A stretch of DNA of 64,000 bases from Gracilinanus agilis. Lineage: Eukaryota. The stretch covers positions 682,578,594 to 682,642,593 of the forward strand of contig NC_058131.1 of assembly GCF_016433145.1 (NCBI RefSeq). Direction: 5' to 3'. Shown here one piece after another: positions 35,397 through 49,020 of the stretch. The position numbers were made by a program, and so were the translations under genes. Numbering within the stretch: position 1 is the first letter of the stretch; each line of letters opens with the position of its first letter. The notes below the pieces were generated by a model that searched no databases, had not been told where the DNA came from, and worked only from the letters and a program-made list of their open reading frames with translations.

Positions 35397-38300
35397 CTAA
35401 TAGCTACATGCACATATACATACATACATACATACATAGACTCATAGATACATAAATAGATACATTGATTAGATTCAACTATATATACATACATACATAC
35501 ATACACACATAGACTGAGCACATATTTACACTGGTAAAAATAATGCCCCATGAAATGAAGCGTCTAGAGAGGTGACCTTAGAATCAAGAACTAGTTTCAA
35601 ATCCTGCCTTTGACTCATACTGCCTATAAAACTCAGAGCAAGTAACTTATTTTTAATGTCCCTGGAAATACTCCTAGATTATAAGAAAGAGCAGATATGC
35701 TTTGAAAGTAAATATTCCTTCTTGAAAGTTCCTTTTTAAGGCCAAATCTATGTTTCTATTGGTATGGATAATACCAAGTGAAGAAATTCCCTCCTATCTC
35801 AGAGTGGAGCTAAGTAGCTGCTCTAAAACTTACAATATTTGGAAGTATATGGGACATTAAGAAATAAGGTGTGGCAGAGGCAGTATTTAAACAGTCAAGT
35901 CTTCTAACTCTAAAATCAACTCCCTTTTTATTATGCACTTCCCTTTCTCTCTGGAAAATAAGGGCTTGATAAATGGTAAATTATCTCTCTTCCTTTCCCT
36001 CCATCTTATTATAGAAAGATGATATAGATATAGACATATATATACATACATGCATACACATGTGTCCACACATGTATATGGGTATGCAAGTGTATATAAA
36101 CACATGCATATTATATACGCACAGTCATACATATCCATGCATTTCTTGTTTCCCTTATATTTCAATAAAATATCTGATTTTAATGATGTTTACATATATA
36201 AAGTGAAGGAGGAAACCAATGCTATTATACATTGTTGCTAAATGAATGCTATTAGATGAATGTGCAATACAAAACAAAATATGGATCCAGATCCTTATCT
36301 TGAGTCAATACATATTATAGAGAATAGAAAATAGTAAATTTCACAAATACCCACTTCTTTTTTCTATAACTAGAGAGGTCAGTGCTATCCACTCCCCAGA
36401 TCATAAGTACTCATGAACACTCCATACTGGCTCAGAAGAGACAGAAAAGGAAACCTGGGTTTCCTGACTAGGTATGCCTCTCTTAATTACTTTTTGGCCA
36501 AAAGGAAGTTTCAATTTTTTTCATGAGTCATAACTCTGTAGATTAGGCAGCTCTTTTGTCATGATCACAGCCTAGCCTCAGAGGTTTTTTGCATAACCTT
36601 GAAGCATAAAGCACACCAGGGAAATCAAGAGACCCAGGATGAAGTTCTGGTTTTACCACTAACTAGCCTTTTGACTTCAAGTAAATCATTCCTACTTTGT
36701 GTTTTAGCTTCCTTTTGTGTAGAATGAGAAAGTGGTGTCAGTGGTATCTAGCACTAGCAGTCACTAAGATTATGTCCCCAGTTTTTCAGATTATGTGGCC
36801 GACCACCAGAGAAGTGTCACAAATGTGTCTCTCTCCTGAAATCTCTTTTTCCCTCATTTTTTGAAATGAAAGTCTTTATTAAAATTAGAAGAAATACTAT
36901 CATGAAATTGGCAAAGAGGAGACTCACCAGGATCATAGATGTGAAGAGAAAGAGAGGAAATAAACCTCTTCCAGAGAGATTCATGTCAAGATCTAGGCAT
37001 TCAGGTCTATTTTTTCATTTCAGGAAAATTTTTGCCAGTCATTGACACTTGAAACTTTATTTGACCCTATGTGGAATAGAAAACTGAAATTCTTTTCTGC
37101 TCAAGTAATTATGAAGATTTTTCCTTCTAGATTTTGGACACTATTTTTAAACCTGCAAAAGAAAAATTAAAATAGTAATTTCTCCAGAATACAAATGTAG
37201 TTGTAAGATAGCATGTGGACAACAAACAAAACATTGACAGCTACATCTCCTTAAATTGCCTTAATTATTACCATGAAAGTATGGGGATATGATTTGGCTT
37301 AAAAATTACAGGGTTTGATTTTTTTGCAGAACCTCCTTCTTATCCAAAATGGATCAATTAATTTCTATTTGAACATTTTCTGAATTCCCTTTTCTCAAGG
37401 ATATTCAAGCCTCTTTGTTTTCATGAACTATTCTGAGTGACTTCACATTTCATTAACAACTTATTATCATGTTATACTGAATAGCAATATTTAAAAATAA
37501 AAGTGTTAAATGCTACCATAGAGTAGTTTTCTTGTGATAGAGGCAAAATGGCATGGTTGAGATAAAAGTGAACCTGAAGACATCAAATCTAAGATCATAT
37601 CTTGGCTCTGTTAATCTCAGCCTCCCTATCCATCAAATGAGAACACTGTACCATTTGATCTCCAGGGGACTTTTCTTCTGCTTCAGAACTATAGATTTTC
37701 AGAGTTGAAAGGGAATTTAGTGGCTATATTGTCCAACATGTATATGGAAAAACAAATCTTTCTACAATATACTCTCCAACTTGTCAATCATCTTTTGCTT
37801 AAAGACTTCCACTGAAGGATAGAGAGGAGAACCTGTTTCCAGGAAAAACCCATTCCTTTTTTGGATAAATTATGATTAGGAAGTATATCCTTATTTCAAA
37901 TTTAAACACAATTCTATGACTTTCATCATATATCCCTAACTTTGTGCTTAGAGACCAGAAAAAGATAAGTTTAATCTCTTTTTCATATAGTTGTCCTTCA
38001 ACGATGTAAAGATAGCCATAGCATCATGTACCAACACCATCATAGACTTCTCTTCTTCAGGCTAAAGATTCCCAGTTTTTCAAATGGCCCATGAGTGTCC
38101 CTGTATCAGGTGAACATATGATTAGTAGTAAATTGAAAAGATGAAACTCAGCAACAAATTCACCCTTATATATCTATCTCTGGTTTTGTTTTCCTTATTT
38201 TTCAGACTGTACTGTCTTAATAATGAATACAAATGAAAAGACGTGTCCCTGACTTTCACATGCATGTTCACACATTAAATTGATAGCAATTTAAACACAA

Positions 38301-39849
38301 CAGCTCTAAGGAAATAGAATGACTAAACCTGTATAACATGGACATCTGCCCTCATTACACATCAAACTTCTTGCAACAATGTTTGTTCCCTACTTTTCTA
38401 TACCTTTGAGGTGATGGACAGGTTTTCCCACAGGAACAGGGAATACTTGGAGTTGGGGGAGAAATGGAATATGTGGTCAATGCTGAGTCCCCTTTAAGTA
38501 CAAGTAAAATAGATCTTTGAATGGCTATTGAATATAAAGATATATCTTTAAGTACAACCTTCATAAAGTGGGTGCTTAATAACTATAACTAAGGAGTTCT
38601 AATACATTTCATTCATTGGATGGAGTGGGTCAATTGGGAGATTCATTATTTCAAAGGGCTCAAAGGAAGCAATTAAGCCAAGTTTTCCATGACCTTTGAA
38701 AGTTTTGAGACTCTTAGAAGTTTTATTTGAAATACCAAGATTATATTAGTCATATCCACAAGGACAACTGCCACCACCCTCTCCCATGGTCCATCAGTGC
38801 TATTCTTACTTACTAGCTCAATCCATGTTACAGAACCCAACATACTCCCAGGCAATGCCCACAAGGACAACAAAAAACTCAATACTTTATTTCTAGCCCA
38901 AATTTAGCCAAATAGAAAATTAGCCCAGATTTTCCCAACTCTAAAAGTAAAAATTAGGGTCAGATCATAGAACCCTAAAACTGAAAAGGACTTTGGAGAC
39001 CATTTTAGCCAATGTCTTCCTTTTGCAGTAGAGTTATATTCCTGTGAGAGATGGCTTATAAAGAACCTTTACTAGGAGGATAGAAACATATATTTACACT
39101 GGTTGTTTTGCTTCTTTCTCAAACTATTTCTCAGATAAACAAGATGAATCATCTGTCTTTATTACTATCATATGGGAATTTTCCCCGCCTTCTTATCTTC
39201 ATTCACCCTTTCCTTCAGGTCTCATATTCTTAGCACTCCATCTCTCCCTTTTTTTAATAGTCTCCATCTTTCAAGGTCTAGATCATATGATTCTTGTTCA
39301 ATAACATCCTGCCTATTCATCCCAGGCATCATCTCTCCCTTTATAGAACTCTGTTAGCACTTTGTCCTTCTAGGTCCAGATTATTTTTATTGTAGTTTTG
39401 TAGATATTATGCACATTAATCAACAAACATTTAAAAAGCACTTGAAATATAGGTGGGATACACATACCTTGTAAGGGGATACAAGGAAAGGCAAAAACAC
39501 AACCCCTGCTTCAAGAAACACATGCTAGTTGAACCAGGAACATAAAAAAATTATGCATACATGATATGCACCATGTAAAGAGATGAATCTCAGAAGTCAA
39601 TAGCTATGGGAGATTGGAAGGGGAGTAGAATAAAAGAATGGAAAAATATATGTCTTCCACAAGGTCACATAGGCAGCAAGGGAAAGAAGCTAGATTTGAA
39701 TATAGATAGTCCAGCAAATAATGTTGAATATAGAACTTTCGATACATCCATTAACATTGTACCTCTTAGGAATTTGATAAACGAGTCAAATCTTGTGTGC
39801 TAACTCCTAACAAATCATGGTAATATGACATTTAATAGAAGAGGCTGGA

Positions 39850-40446
39850 CTTTATGGAAAGCAATTTAGAATTATGCCCACATATCCTTTTTGGGCTGTG
39901 CATATCCTTTGATCTAACAAAAACACTTCTTGGACTTCCAAAGAGATTTTAAAAAGGGGGAAGAGACCTTATTTGTATAAAAATATTTATAGTAGCTCTT
40001 TTTGTTGTTGCAAGCAATTGGAAATTGAGTCCATCAGTTGGAGAATGTCTAAACTATTAGTATATGATTGTAATGGAATATTATTGTGCTATAATGGAAT
40101 ACTATATAAATTGAACAGGATGATTTCAGAAAAATACAAAGTGAAGTGAAAAAAACAGAAGAATGTTGTACAGTAATATTTTTAATGAACTGTAAATGAT
40201 CTAATTCTTCCCACCAAGACAATCCTAAAGAGTTATGATGAAAAATGCAGCCTGCCCTCTGAGAAAGAAATGATGAAGTTTGAATGCATATCAAAACATA
40301 CTATATTTCACTTTCAATATTCTTTTTCAGTTGAGATCTCTTCAATAAAATGAATAATATGGAAAAATATTTACATTTATTACACATGAAAAATCTGTAT
40401 CAGATTGCTTACCATCTGGGAAGAAAAGGGGTAGAGAGAATTTGGA
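39850..40446 (+). mobile_element. Old L1 3' end
   Basis: atatttatagtagctcttttt...tatgattgtaatggaatattattgtgctataa... L1 3' signature. Confidence 0.8.
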
Positions 40447-40862
40447 GCAGAGCCAGAAGAACACTGTACACAGAAACTGATATACTATGGTAAAATCGAA
40501 TGTAATGGACTTCTGTACCAGCAGCAATGCAATGACACAGGACAGTTGTGAGGAACTTATGGTAAAGAACGCTACCCACATTCAGAGGAAGAACTGCAGG
40601 AGAGGAAACATAGAAGAAAAACAACTGCTTAAACACATGGGTTGAGGTGGACATGATTGGGGATGTATTCTAGAAACTACCACACCAATGCAACTAACAA
40701 CAATTTGGAAATAGGTCTTGATCAATGACACATGTTAAAACCAGTGGAAAAGTGCATTGGCCATGGGTGGGGGGAGTGCGGGGGGTGAAGGGGAAAGTAG
40801 GAGCATGAATCATGTAACCATGTTAAAAATTAATAAATTAATATTAATAAATGTTTAAAAAA
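40447..40862 (+). mobile_element. Younger L1 3' end nested in the older L1
   Basis: gagcagagccagaagaacactgtacacag...gaatcatgtaaccatg + A-rich tail; same family as 50190-51147 (opposite strand). Confidence 0.85.
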
Positions 40863-41149
40863 GATAAGTTCCTACTAATAAAATTAGATGGGTAATATAA
40901 GTTCCTACTAATAAAAAAACTTGAAACTCAAAAAAAAAAACAAATCAGAATTTTTTTAAATGAATTTTGATTATCTTTACATGTAATTGAGGGAAATAAA
41001 ACTTTTTTAATAAAAGAGGTTGGAGATTGCCTCCAGTAATTTTGAATTCCAGCCCTTAACACAGTGCTTTATATAGTAGGTACTCAATACTACTAGTTGA
41101 TTAAGTAAGAAGAAGATTGTTAGCAAATAACCACAGAACCCAGCTTTTG

Positions 41150-42172
41150 TCCTATAATTCTATAAAATTTTACTAATCAATGAAGGCTTGTTTTCCAGCT
41201 TTAAGTATGTAGTATAGAGAGAGGGGGCCATATAGTTTTTTCAAACTTTGGCTGGGTTCTGAAAAGCAGTTATGGGTTTGGAATCTTGAAGAAAAGACAG
41301 TTTGTTTGGGTCTCCCATGGAGAGAGGTTGTCTAACCAACTGAGCTGCTTCCTTACCTATCTGTAGTATTGAAATTTAGTCTAGCTTTGAATTATTTATT
41401 TAAGAAACTGTTATTTTGGATATACCCTTTATATCTTCCTTCCCAATATTATTTCCTACCTTCCCTCCCTTACCTTATATGTCTGTGAAGTTAATAAGGA
41501 GAGTAATTAAAGAGGAGTTCAAATCTGTGAAGGGTTAATTATATTGACAATATTAGATATAGAGAAACTAGTCAGTCATCATTTATTTGTAAGCTTGAGT
41601 TAAAGGCAGGTCCTTACTCAGACTCCATCTTTGCCTCCCTTCCCCACCTGAGGTTCCTGAGACAACTGTTAGGGCTTTCCTCAATCCACTTTCCTGACAA
41701 ATCATCCTTTAAAGATAATAAATCCTTTTGTGTTTTAACAGACTTATTAGTATAATTGGTCAGTTAGTTATTTAAGAGAGGGAAGAAGAGGGAAAGAACT
41801 AACATACTCTGGGTTTGAAGGGAAGCCGGGGTATCCATCTTGGAGGAAGGTGTAACTTCAAAACAAGTCCCTTCCTGTGAAATTAACTAAGCCTGTTGTT
41901 AATTTCAGTTTAGTCTATTTTGCTCTGTCTGTGTTTGAGTCTAAGTCCCAGTCTGTAAAGCCTGCTGTTTTGTCTGTTTAGTTTAATTCCTCCTCTCCCT
42001 GAAGATCTCTGTTTCCCTTCTGTATTATACTCCTGACTTCAGTCCTATTATATCCTGAATCTCCTTAATCCCAGCCTACCTGTAACCTAGATTACTCACT
42101 TAGCAAGTCTCTGACAACCTCCTTCCAAAATTCCCTTATCCCACACACCTTTCCTCAAATTATCCCCATTAC
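41150..42172. mobile_element. LTR-like element (boundaries uncertain)
   Basis: LTR-type composition (ccatctt motifs, ttatttaag, pyrimidine-rich 3' part) ending ...ccccattaCA; no TSD established. Confidence 0.4.
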
Positions 42173-42685
42173 AGTACCAAGAGATCCTTATTTGGATTAT
42201 TTGAATCAGAGAGTTTTCAAGCTGAAGATGATGTTACAGATCATATTTAATTCCATGGATCCATCAGTGTAGGTATTTTTCACTCTATTAGTCTAGGTTG
42301 TAACTCCTCAAACACTTGTTCCTTTGATTCTTCTACATCATATTTCAGTAAATCCTCCATAGAGAAATAACTCAGTGTACTGGAGGTTTCTTCTGTTCCT
42401 TTTAACTGTGCCATGGCATTCTCTTCAACTCTATCTCTTAGAATATCATTTCTTTATTATTCAATTTAAGTACTACTTTCTATAGAAAGGCCTCCTAGAA
42501 TTCCCCTGTTACCAGTGTTCTTTCTCCACAAACTACTTGTCATGAATGAAATTCCAAGAGACAGAGTTTCTCAGCATAATTAATCAACTCATTAGTGCTA
42601 GGCTAACAATATTTGAGATCATTAATTTCTCAAAGACTGCATATACCAAGCGATCATCACAGGCCCTTCTAAATTTAGGTATATC

Positions 42686-42787
42686 TTCCTGAGAATGTGT
42701 CATTGGGATCTTCCTTAGTAAAGGCAAGGCAATTCTTGTGGATGGACTTTTTAATGAGGAGGTGGGCTAAGCTCAGGTCTTCCTTGT
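42686..42787 (-). promoter_or_regulatory. Candidate OR promoter/enhancer module upstream of OR C
   Basis: GACTTTTTAATGA (42745-42757) is 12/13 to AACTTTTTAATGA; TTCCTGAGAA at 42686; following 40 nt align with 8917-8960; further TAAT/ATTA cores and TTCCAAGAGA at 42540-42640. Confidence 0.45.
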
Positions 42788-44129
42788 TACTTCTTTGGTG
42801 GGGGTGGAGGAAAGAGAAGCAGCTGGGGAGACTGGACTGATCATGAAACCCAATGACCTCTAGCAATCTCAACTAGAAAAACCATATCGCTGGCTTAGGC
42901 TCCTCTTTGTAGATCAGGCCACAACCAACTTTGATGAGAGAAAAAGCAAAAGCAAAGAGACTTGTCTCTGGGGAGAGAACCTGGCTTCTGTTATAGGATA
43001 AACAAAAGAAAAGATATCTCTTCAGGTAAATGCCTTGGTAGATGGGAATACTTAACTTATTCAGTTATATCCTTCATAAACTTCCTGATCTATGGAGGCT
43101 AGGGGCCTGAGGAAATGGATGGATTCACATAGAAATATTGATAACAAATAATATGACCAAAATTAATTTTCTTCACTACTCATGTATGTTAATATTTTCT
43201 CCCTTCATAATCTCCTTGAGAGCAAGATCTGTTTCATTTTTGTCTCTGTGACTCCAATATCTAGGACTGTGTAAAGGAGAATAATATGACATAGGACATA
43301 AATGGTAAGTTGGAGTAATGTTCTTGATGTTTCTCTGAGATCTTCTTTAACTCTGGTTTTGGAAAGTATAAGGAAAGGAAATGGGCATAGAGAAAATGGA
43401 CTTCTAGGCCAAGGCATCTTGGAATCTTAGGAAGAAGATAAAAGGGAAGGGATCTGGCCCTTTTACTTTTAGAGCAAATGCCCCCAAACTAGAAAAGCAG
43501 ATTGATCTTCATATCACTCCTTGGGTAACTACAATTTCACCAATTACATGCAATTACAAATTTCCATGTAAGTTTTCAGAAGTTATATGATCCAAATGAT
43601 CTCCCTCCTTCTTCCCCCCACCTCCCAGAGTTGACAAGCACTTCAATCTGGGTTATATATGTATTATTATTCCCATATTGTTCATTTTTGTAAGTGACTA
43701 ATCTTATAAAACCCAAACCTCAAAATACATACCCAAAGAAACAAGTGAAAAATAGTATTCAGTTACAATTTCAAAAAAAAGGAGAAAGAGAATAAGATCC
43801 TCTGATTCACTTATACCATTAATTAAATTTACTTAGCTAAAATTACTTTAACATCCAACAAATGCTTTAGTTTCTTTTAATATCAATTCTAGGACAAAAG
43901 AGCTGCAAGGGCTAGGTAATCAGGGTTAAGTGATTTACCCAGGATCGCACCGCTAGGAAGTACATTAAGGCAGATTTGAGCCCACATCTTCTCAGCTTCA
44001 GGCCTGGCATTCTATCTATTCTATCTACCTAGCTGTCCTGAAAAACTAACTTACTATAAGGAATTTAGGACAGGAATGCCTATTACTATCCCCAGTAGTA
44101 CTGCTTTTTAAATATTTATCTATTTATTT

Positions 44130-44620
44130 TTATGTACATGTAGAAATAGTTTTTGACAATTATTTTCTGATATTTTAGCATTCATATTTTCTCTCTTCTT
44201 TCACTCCCCTCCCCAAGGTGATAGTCTAATGTAGGTTATACCAGAGCTTTAAATAAAAATTTACAAATTGCTCATGTCTTGATAGAAGACAACTAGCCCA
44301 CATCCAACTAAAAAGTCATTAAGTTAATAAAGTAGAAGATGGCATGTAATCAGGCTCCAACTGTTCCTTCTTTGGCTATGGATAGTATTTTTCATCATGA
44401 ATCCCTTGTGATTATCTTGGAAACTTGCTTTTTTGATAATGATTTAGTCCTTCACAATTGAACATCATATCATATCTCTGTTACTGTTTACTCCTGGTTC
44501 TGTTTTCTTCACTTTACATCAGTTAATAAGTCTTTCCAGCTTTTTTTAGAAATCATGTTATTCATTAGTTATTATGGCACAATAACATTCCGTTACAACC
44601 ATATATCACACACAACTTGT
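44130..44620 (-). mobile_element. Old L1 3' end
   Basis: atagtttttgacaattattttctga...ggatagtatttttcatcatgaatccc...catcagtt..taagtctttccag antisense L1 3' UTR. Confidence 0.75.
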
Positions 44621-46526
44621 TCAGAGAGGATTGAATTTCAGAGAGGAACGATCCCTTAACAACTCAAGGAAACAAATTCCTCAATAAGTGCTTGATGAAT
44701 AAATTATGGAATTTTTAGCACCTGGAGTAGTATGACATCCAAGCTGGCCAATTTCTACAACAGGGAGAACTAGCAAAAGTGAAAATAGAAGATACAGAGA
44801 TTTTCACTCTCATTTGTGAGGCCCAAGTGTATTCAGGTCACCATTCCTTTATTTTATGAATGTCTCTTAGATATCAATAATTTTATATCCTGAGAGAAAC
44901 TTGGTGACTGCGTCAACATGAGCTGACCAAAAGCAACCATGCCCATTGACAATTCAGCTCTGCCCATTTCAACTACACTCACTTTTCTTCTTTCCATGTT
45001 TTCACCTAGGCTCTAAGTTACACCACCCTCATTTCTTGATTTCTTACCCACATAGCTGGATGTTTGACCTGCTCTACAATGCTTAGGTACACAGATAAGT
45101 AAGTACACCAATAGAATCTAACTTGTCTTCTATATTTAACATCCTATTTCCTCTACTTTATGCCTTAGCATAGACTTAAGAAAATAAAAATAAAATGTTG
45201 GTAAGACTACTGTTTACTCCACATTTGGACTGCCAGATGGTTAAAGTCATTACCTTCTCAACTTCTCAGCCCATCCATTGCTTTTCCCTGCTGCATATTC
45301 ATATCCAAAGAGTTTGAAGTGTCCCTGAGCAATGCAGATTAATGCCATGTATCCTGGGACACTGATTTACCATGCAAGAAAGGTACTAAAAGGCAATTCT
45401 CATTAGCCAACTCTAAGAGACAAAACATGTAAGAGGTGAGAAAAAAAAGTCACATGAAAGAAAGAAATTGACCTCTGGAGTATCTAGTAATCCAAGATGC
45501 TAAGGTATATGGGATTATAAAGGTCTTCTAGATTACCTAAGTCATTATTTCCACTGAAAACCCTATGGTGCAATTATACAATTCAATAGATAGAGAGTTG
45601 GACCTGGAAATAGAGGTCCTGGGTTCAAATCTGGCCTCAGATTCTCCCTAACTGTGGATCCTAAGCACGTTACTTAAGCGCAATTGCCTAGCTCTTACTG
45701 CCCTTCTTATTTGGAATCTAAGACAAAAGATAAGGTTTTTTAAAAAAATATGAAAAAAAAGAAAACCTTAGAAGTAGATTGATTTTGACTTAGTTTTGTC
45801 TGGTGACAAGGAGATGGATAAGATAAAGTACCATAGTCCCATCCCATCCCAAGAATCAATGGTTCATTCTCTCAAGAGGAAGAGATTATTAGTTACCAAT
45901 ATCTCAAACTCCAGAACACCATACACTTTGAAAAGGTTAATTAAAAGAAGTGAAAACAATATAAAATATATTTGGTATACCTATATCTTCAGTGCTCAGG
46001 ATTACAAAGTTTGTATTGTAGCAATTTTAATTTTTCTTTCATTAATGACTACAGGAAGAACTTTTCATCTTTATTTTTCTTGTATCATGGAACCTTCAGT
46101 TATTCTGGTAAAGTCTATGAACTCCTCAAAATAATCCCTTTACATAAAATATTTAGGATTACAAAGGGAGTAATAATAACAATACCATTTATATAATTAT
46201 TTAATGTTTGTGAAATGCTTCACAAATATGATCTCATTTTATCCTCACAACAACTCTGAGAGGTAAGCTAATAGTGTCATCATTTTAGATGAGGAAACTG
46301 AGGTCAAGGTTAGTGAGTTTCTCAAGGTAACACAGCCAGTAAGTTCCTGAGACGGGATTTGAACTCAGATCTTCCTGAAACCAGATCTAGCACTCTCCTA
46401 CAAGCTTATTATATTGAAATAGTTATAAAAATTGAGTTTGTGGATCCTAGGCTAAGAATCCATGAATTGATTAGGGGACTTAGAATCTATGATACATTGA
46501 TGTTTTAACGCCCTCTAAAATGAGAA

Positions 46527-47459
46527 TCACCTCACCAAGGGTTTCTTGAGAGCTTCTTTGACATCTTTATTCCCCATCGTGTAGATTAGTGGATTGATAG
46601 CAAGGATCAGGGTGGTATGCAGTATAGCCCCTGCTTCCCATTTTTCAGGACAAAAGCTGCACTTGGACTTATATAAGCACAAAATATCCAGCAAACTAGT
46701 GCATGGTTACCACCATGAAGTGGGAGGAACAGTGAAAAATGATCTCTTCTGCTCCTCTTCAGACTGGATCTTCAAGATGTTGGCAATGATAATGCCAATG
46801 AACATAATGGTCAGAAGAAAATTGGAACCATCCAAGAAGAGATCTGTCACAAGTGTCATAAACTCATTCATTTTTATCAGGGAGCAAGAAAGTGGCAGAA
46901 TGAGGGGGATCTCACAGAAAAGGTGTTCAGTGACATTAGGACCTCAGAAAGACAATTGTATTAGCATTGCTATGTCCAGAGTCCAGCCCACCTACAATCC
47001 ACTCCTTCTTGGTCTTCTTGGATATGGATATGGTCTTCTTACTCATTAGACTGTGATAATGGAGGAGCCAACAAATGACCACATAATGATCATAACCTAT
47101 AGCGATGAAAAGAAGTTCAGAACCCAAGGTCCAAGAGAAGACATAGACCTGAGTCATATGCCAACAAATGAGATGACTTTCTTCTCCTTCATCAGGTTCT
47201 CTTTAGCAGCTTGGATACCATTGTGGTTATGCAAATGATATCCCGCAAGGCTAAGTTGACCAGGAAAAAATAAATGAGTGTAGGAATACCTGGAGTTACC
47301 CCAACTGAAACAATGAGGGAATTTCAAATAAGAGCCAGAGTACAGAAGAACAGAAAGAGACAAAAGAGAATTTTCAGAGAAGCCCTGTGGGATGAATTCT
47401 GGTTATTAAGAGTCATAGTTTTGGTTATTAATGACAAATGTCTGGTTATTAAAAGTCAT
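46527..47459 (-). pseudogene. Full-length OR family 13 pseudogene (OR D)
   Basis: ATG ACT TTT AAT AAC CAG at 47459; EFIPQGFSE, YLFFLVNL, GYDHYVVIC (degraded MAYDRY), HLFCEIPLILPLSCS, SSHFMVV, NPLIYTMGNKDVKEALKK, TGA at 46527; in-frame stops and frameshifts; acceptor ccttcctttctctag at 47568. Confidence 0.92.
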
Positions 47460-48159
47460 AGTTTTGGGGTTTGATTAGTCCAAAGTGACAAGAAGATCCC
47501 TGCTGACTACTTTGTCTCTGATGTGTCACTGATGAGTACATTGAGCATTTGTGGAGAGCAAACAGAGCTAGAGAAAGGAAGGAAATGCATGATTTTATTG
47601 CCTAATTTTAATCAGATATCAGTGGCAAAATTCAAAGTTTGCCATGGTTGGAAATGAAGGACTGCAATTATATAGACTTACTTCAGTAAGGGTGAGGCAT
47701 GGATCATCCATGGATGTGCATGTGATTTCTTTGTAATTATTTTCATTTTATTTTCCTTTTTTGATTAACAATTATTTTAATAATGTTTCTACCCCAATTT
47801 AAAATAACAAAAGAAACCTTTATAACAAGTTCTCTGTAGACCTATCATAATTATAAAACAGTGAGTTCCCGCAAGTAGATTTTCAAGCTAGAAGAAACAT
47901 AGAAGACTAGTTAATTTTTTTCCTAAGCTAAAGACTATGACAGAAAGAGAGCATGGGTCCATACAATATGAAGGAAGGAAGAATCAGGTCCTCATAATTA
48001 TAGGGATGACCCCCTATAGGCCATCTGATTCTGCCAAACAAACTCAATTCTGTTGTATCCCAGGCTTCGTGCCAATATAGGAAACATAGTGATTGGAGGT
48101 AGCTGAATACAGAAATAATGATACCAATGAATAGACCTATCATACAGTTAAAAAATCAC

Positions 48160-49020
48160 ACACTTCTCTCTTGACCTCAAATCTTGAATTTCCAGTTACT
48201 TATGAGATAATTCATAAAGACATCTTAAAACCATTAACTCATTATTTTGCCCTCTAAACCCTCTCCATTCCGAACTTCCTAATTACTACTCCCTTCTTCC
48301 CACCGACCCAGGCTTTCAATTCAGGTGTCATCTTTTATTTCTTACCCTGTCATCTACCTTATGCAATCTCTTACCAAATCCTGTTGATTTTTGTCTTTAT
48401 GGCATCTTTCTAAAGTCTCCCTTCTTTTCTCAACACTGAAACCATCTTAATGTAAGCCATTATCACTTCATATCTGTTGGTGATTCGATTCTACTTCAAT
48501 TCTATTCATATCTACATCCAATTCTACTTCAATTCTATCCATACTCTATTTCATCCTCTATTCAGATGTCAAATTAATCTTCCAATTGCATGGATTTGAT
48601 TCTGTAACTTTCTGCCTCATTGAGTAAACTCTTATATTTCCCTCTAACCTCTAGAACCAAATATAAAACCCTCTGGAATTCAAAGCCCTTCACAATCTGC
48701 ACCCAGTCTTGTGACACAATTTACTCTCCCACAAGGCCCACTTCCACTGTGATCCAGTGACACCAGTTTCCTTGCTGTTTCTCTCACAACATTGGATCTT
48801 TTCAATTGCTGTCTCCAATGCCTGGAATATTCTCTTGTCTTATCTCCACCTTCTTTCTTATCTTGCTTCAAGTCCCAGCTTTACTACTTTTATCCTATCT
48901 TCTACAAGAATCCTTTCCTGATCTACCTTAATGCTAGTGCTTTCTCTCTGAGATTAATTCCAATGGATCTTGTCATTATCTTGCTTTTATAAAGTCTCCA
49001 CCATTAGACTGTGAGTTTTT
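48160..49020 (+). mobile_element. L2 3' portion
   Basis: ...caaagcccttcacaatctg...caatgcctggaat...ccattagactgtgag L2 signature. Confidence 0.8.

Noticed and set aside
35108-35551. Long ORFs spanning N runs (also 3552-3929 and 31190-31471)
   Set aside because: Artefacts of assembly gaps and microsatellites.
40176-40190. TTTTTAATGA homeodomain-like match
   Set aside because: Lies within an L1 3' end and lacks the flanking similarity seen at 8917 and 42748; shows the chance rate of the motif.
46594-47049. 151-aa plus-strand ORF, and similar antisense ORFs over ORs (4900-5154, 57915-58100)
   Set aside because: Antisense shadows of OR coding sequence; no independent coding signal.
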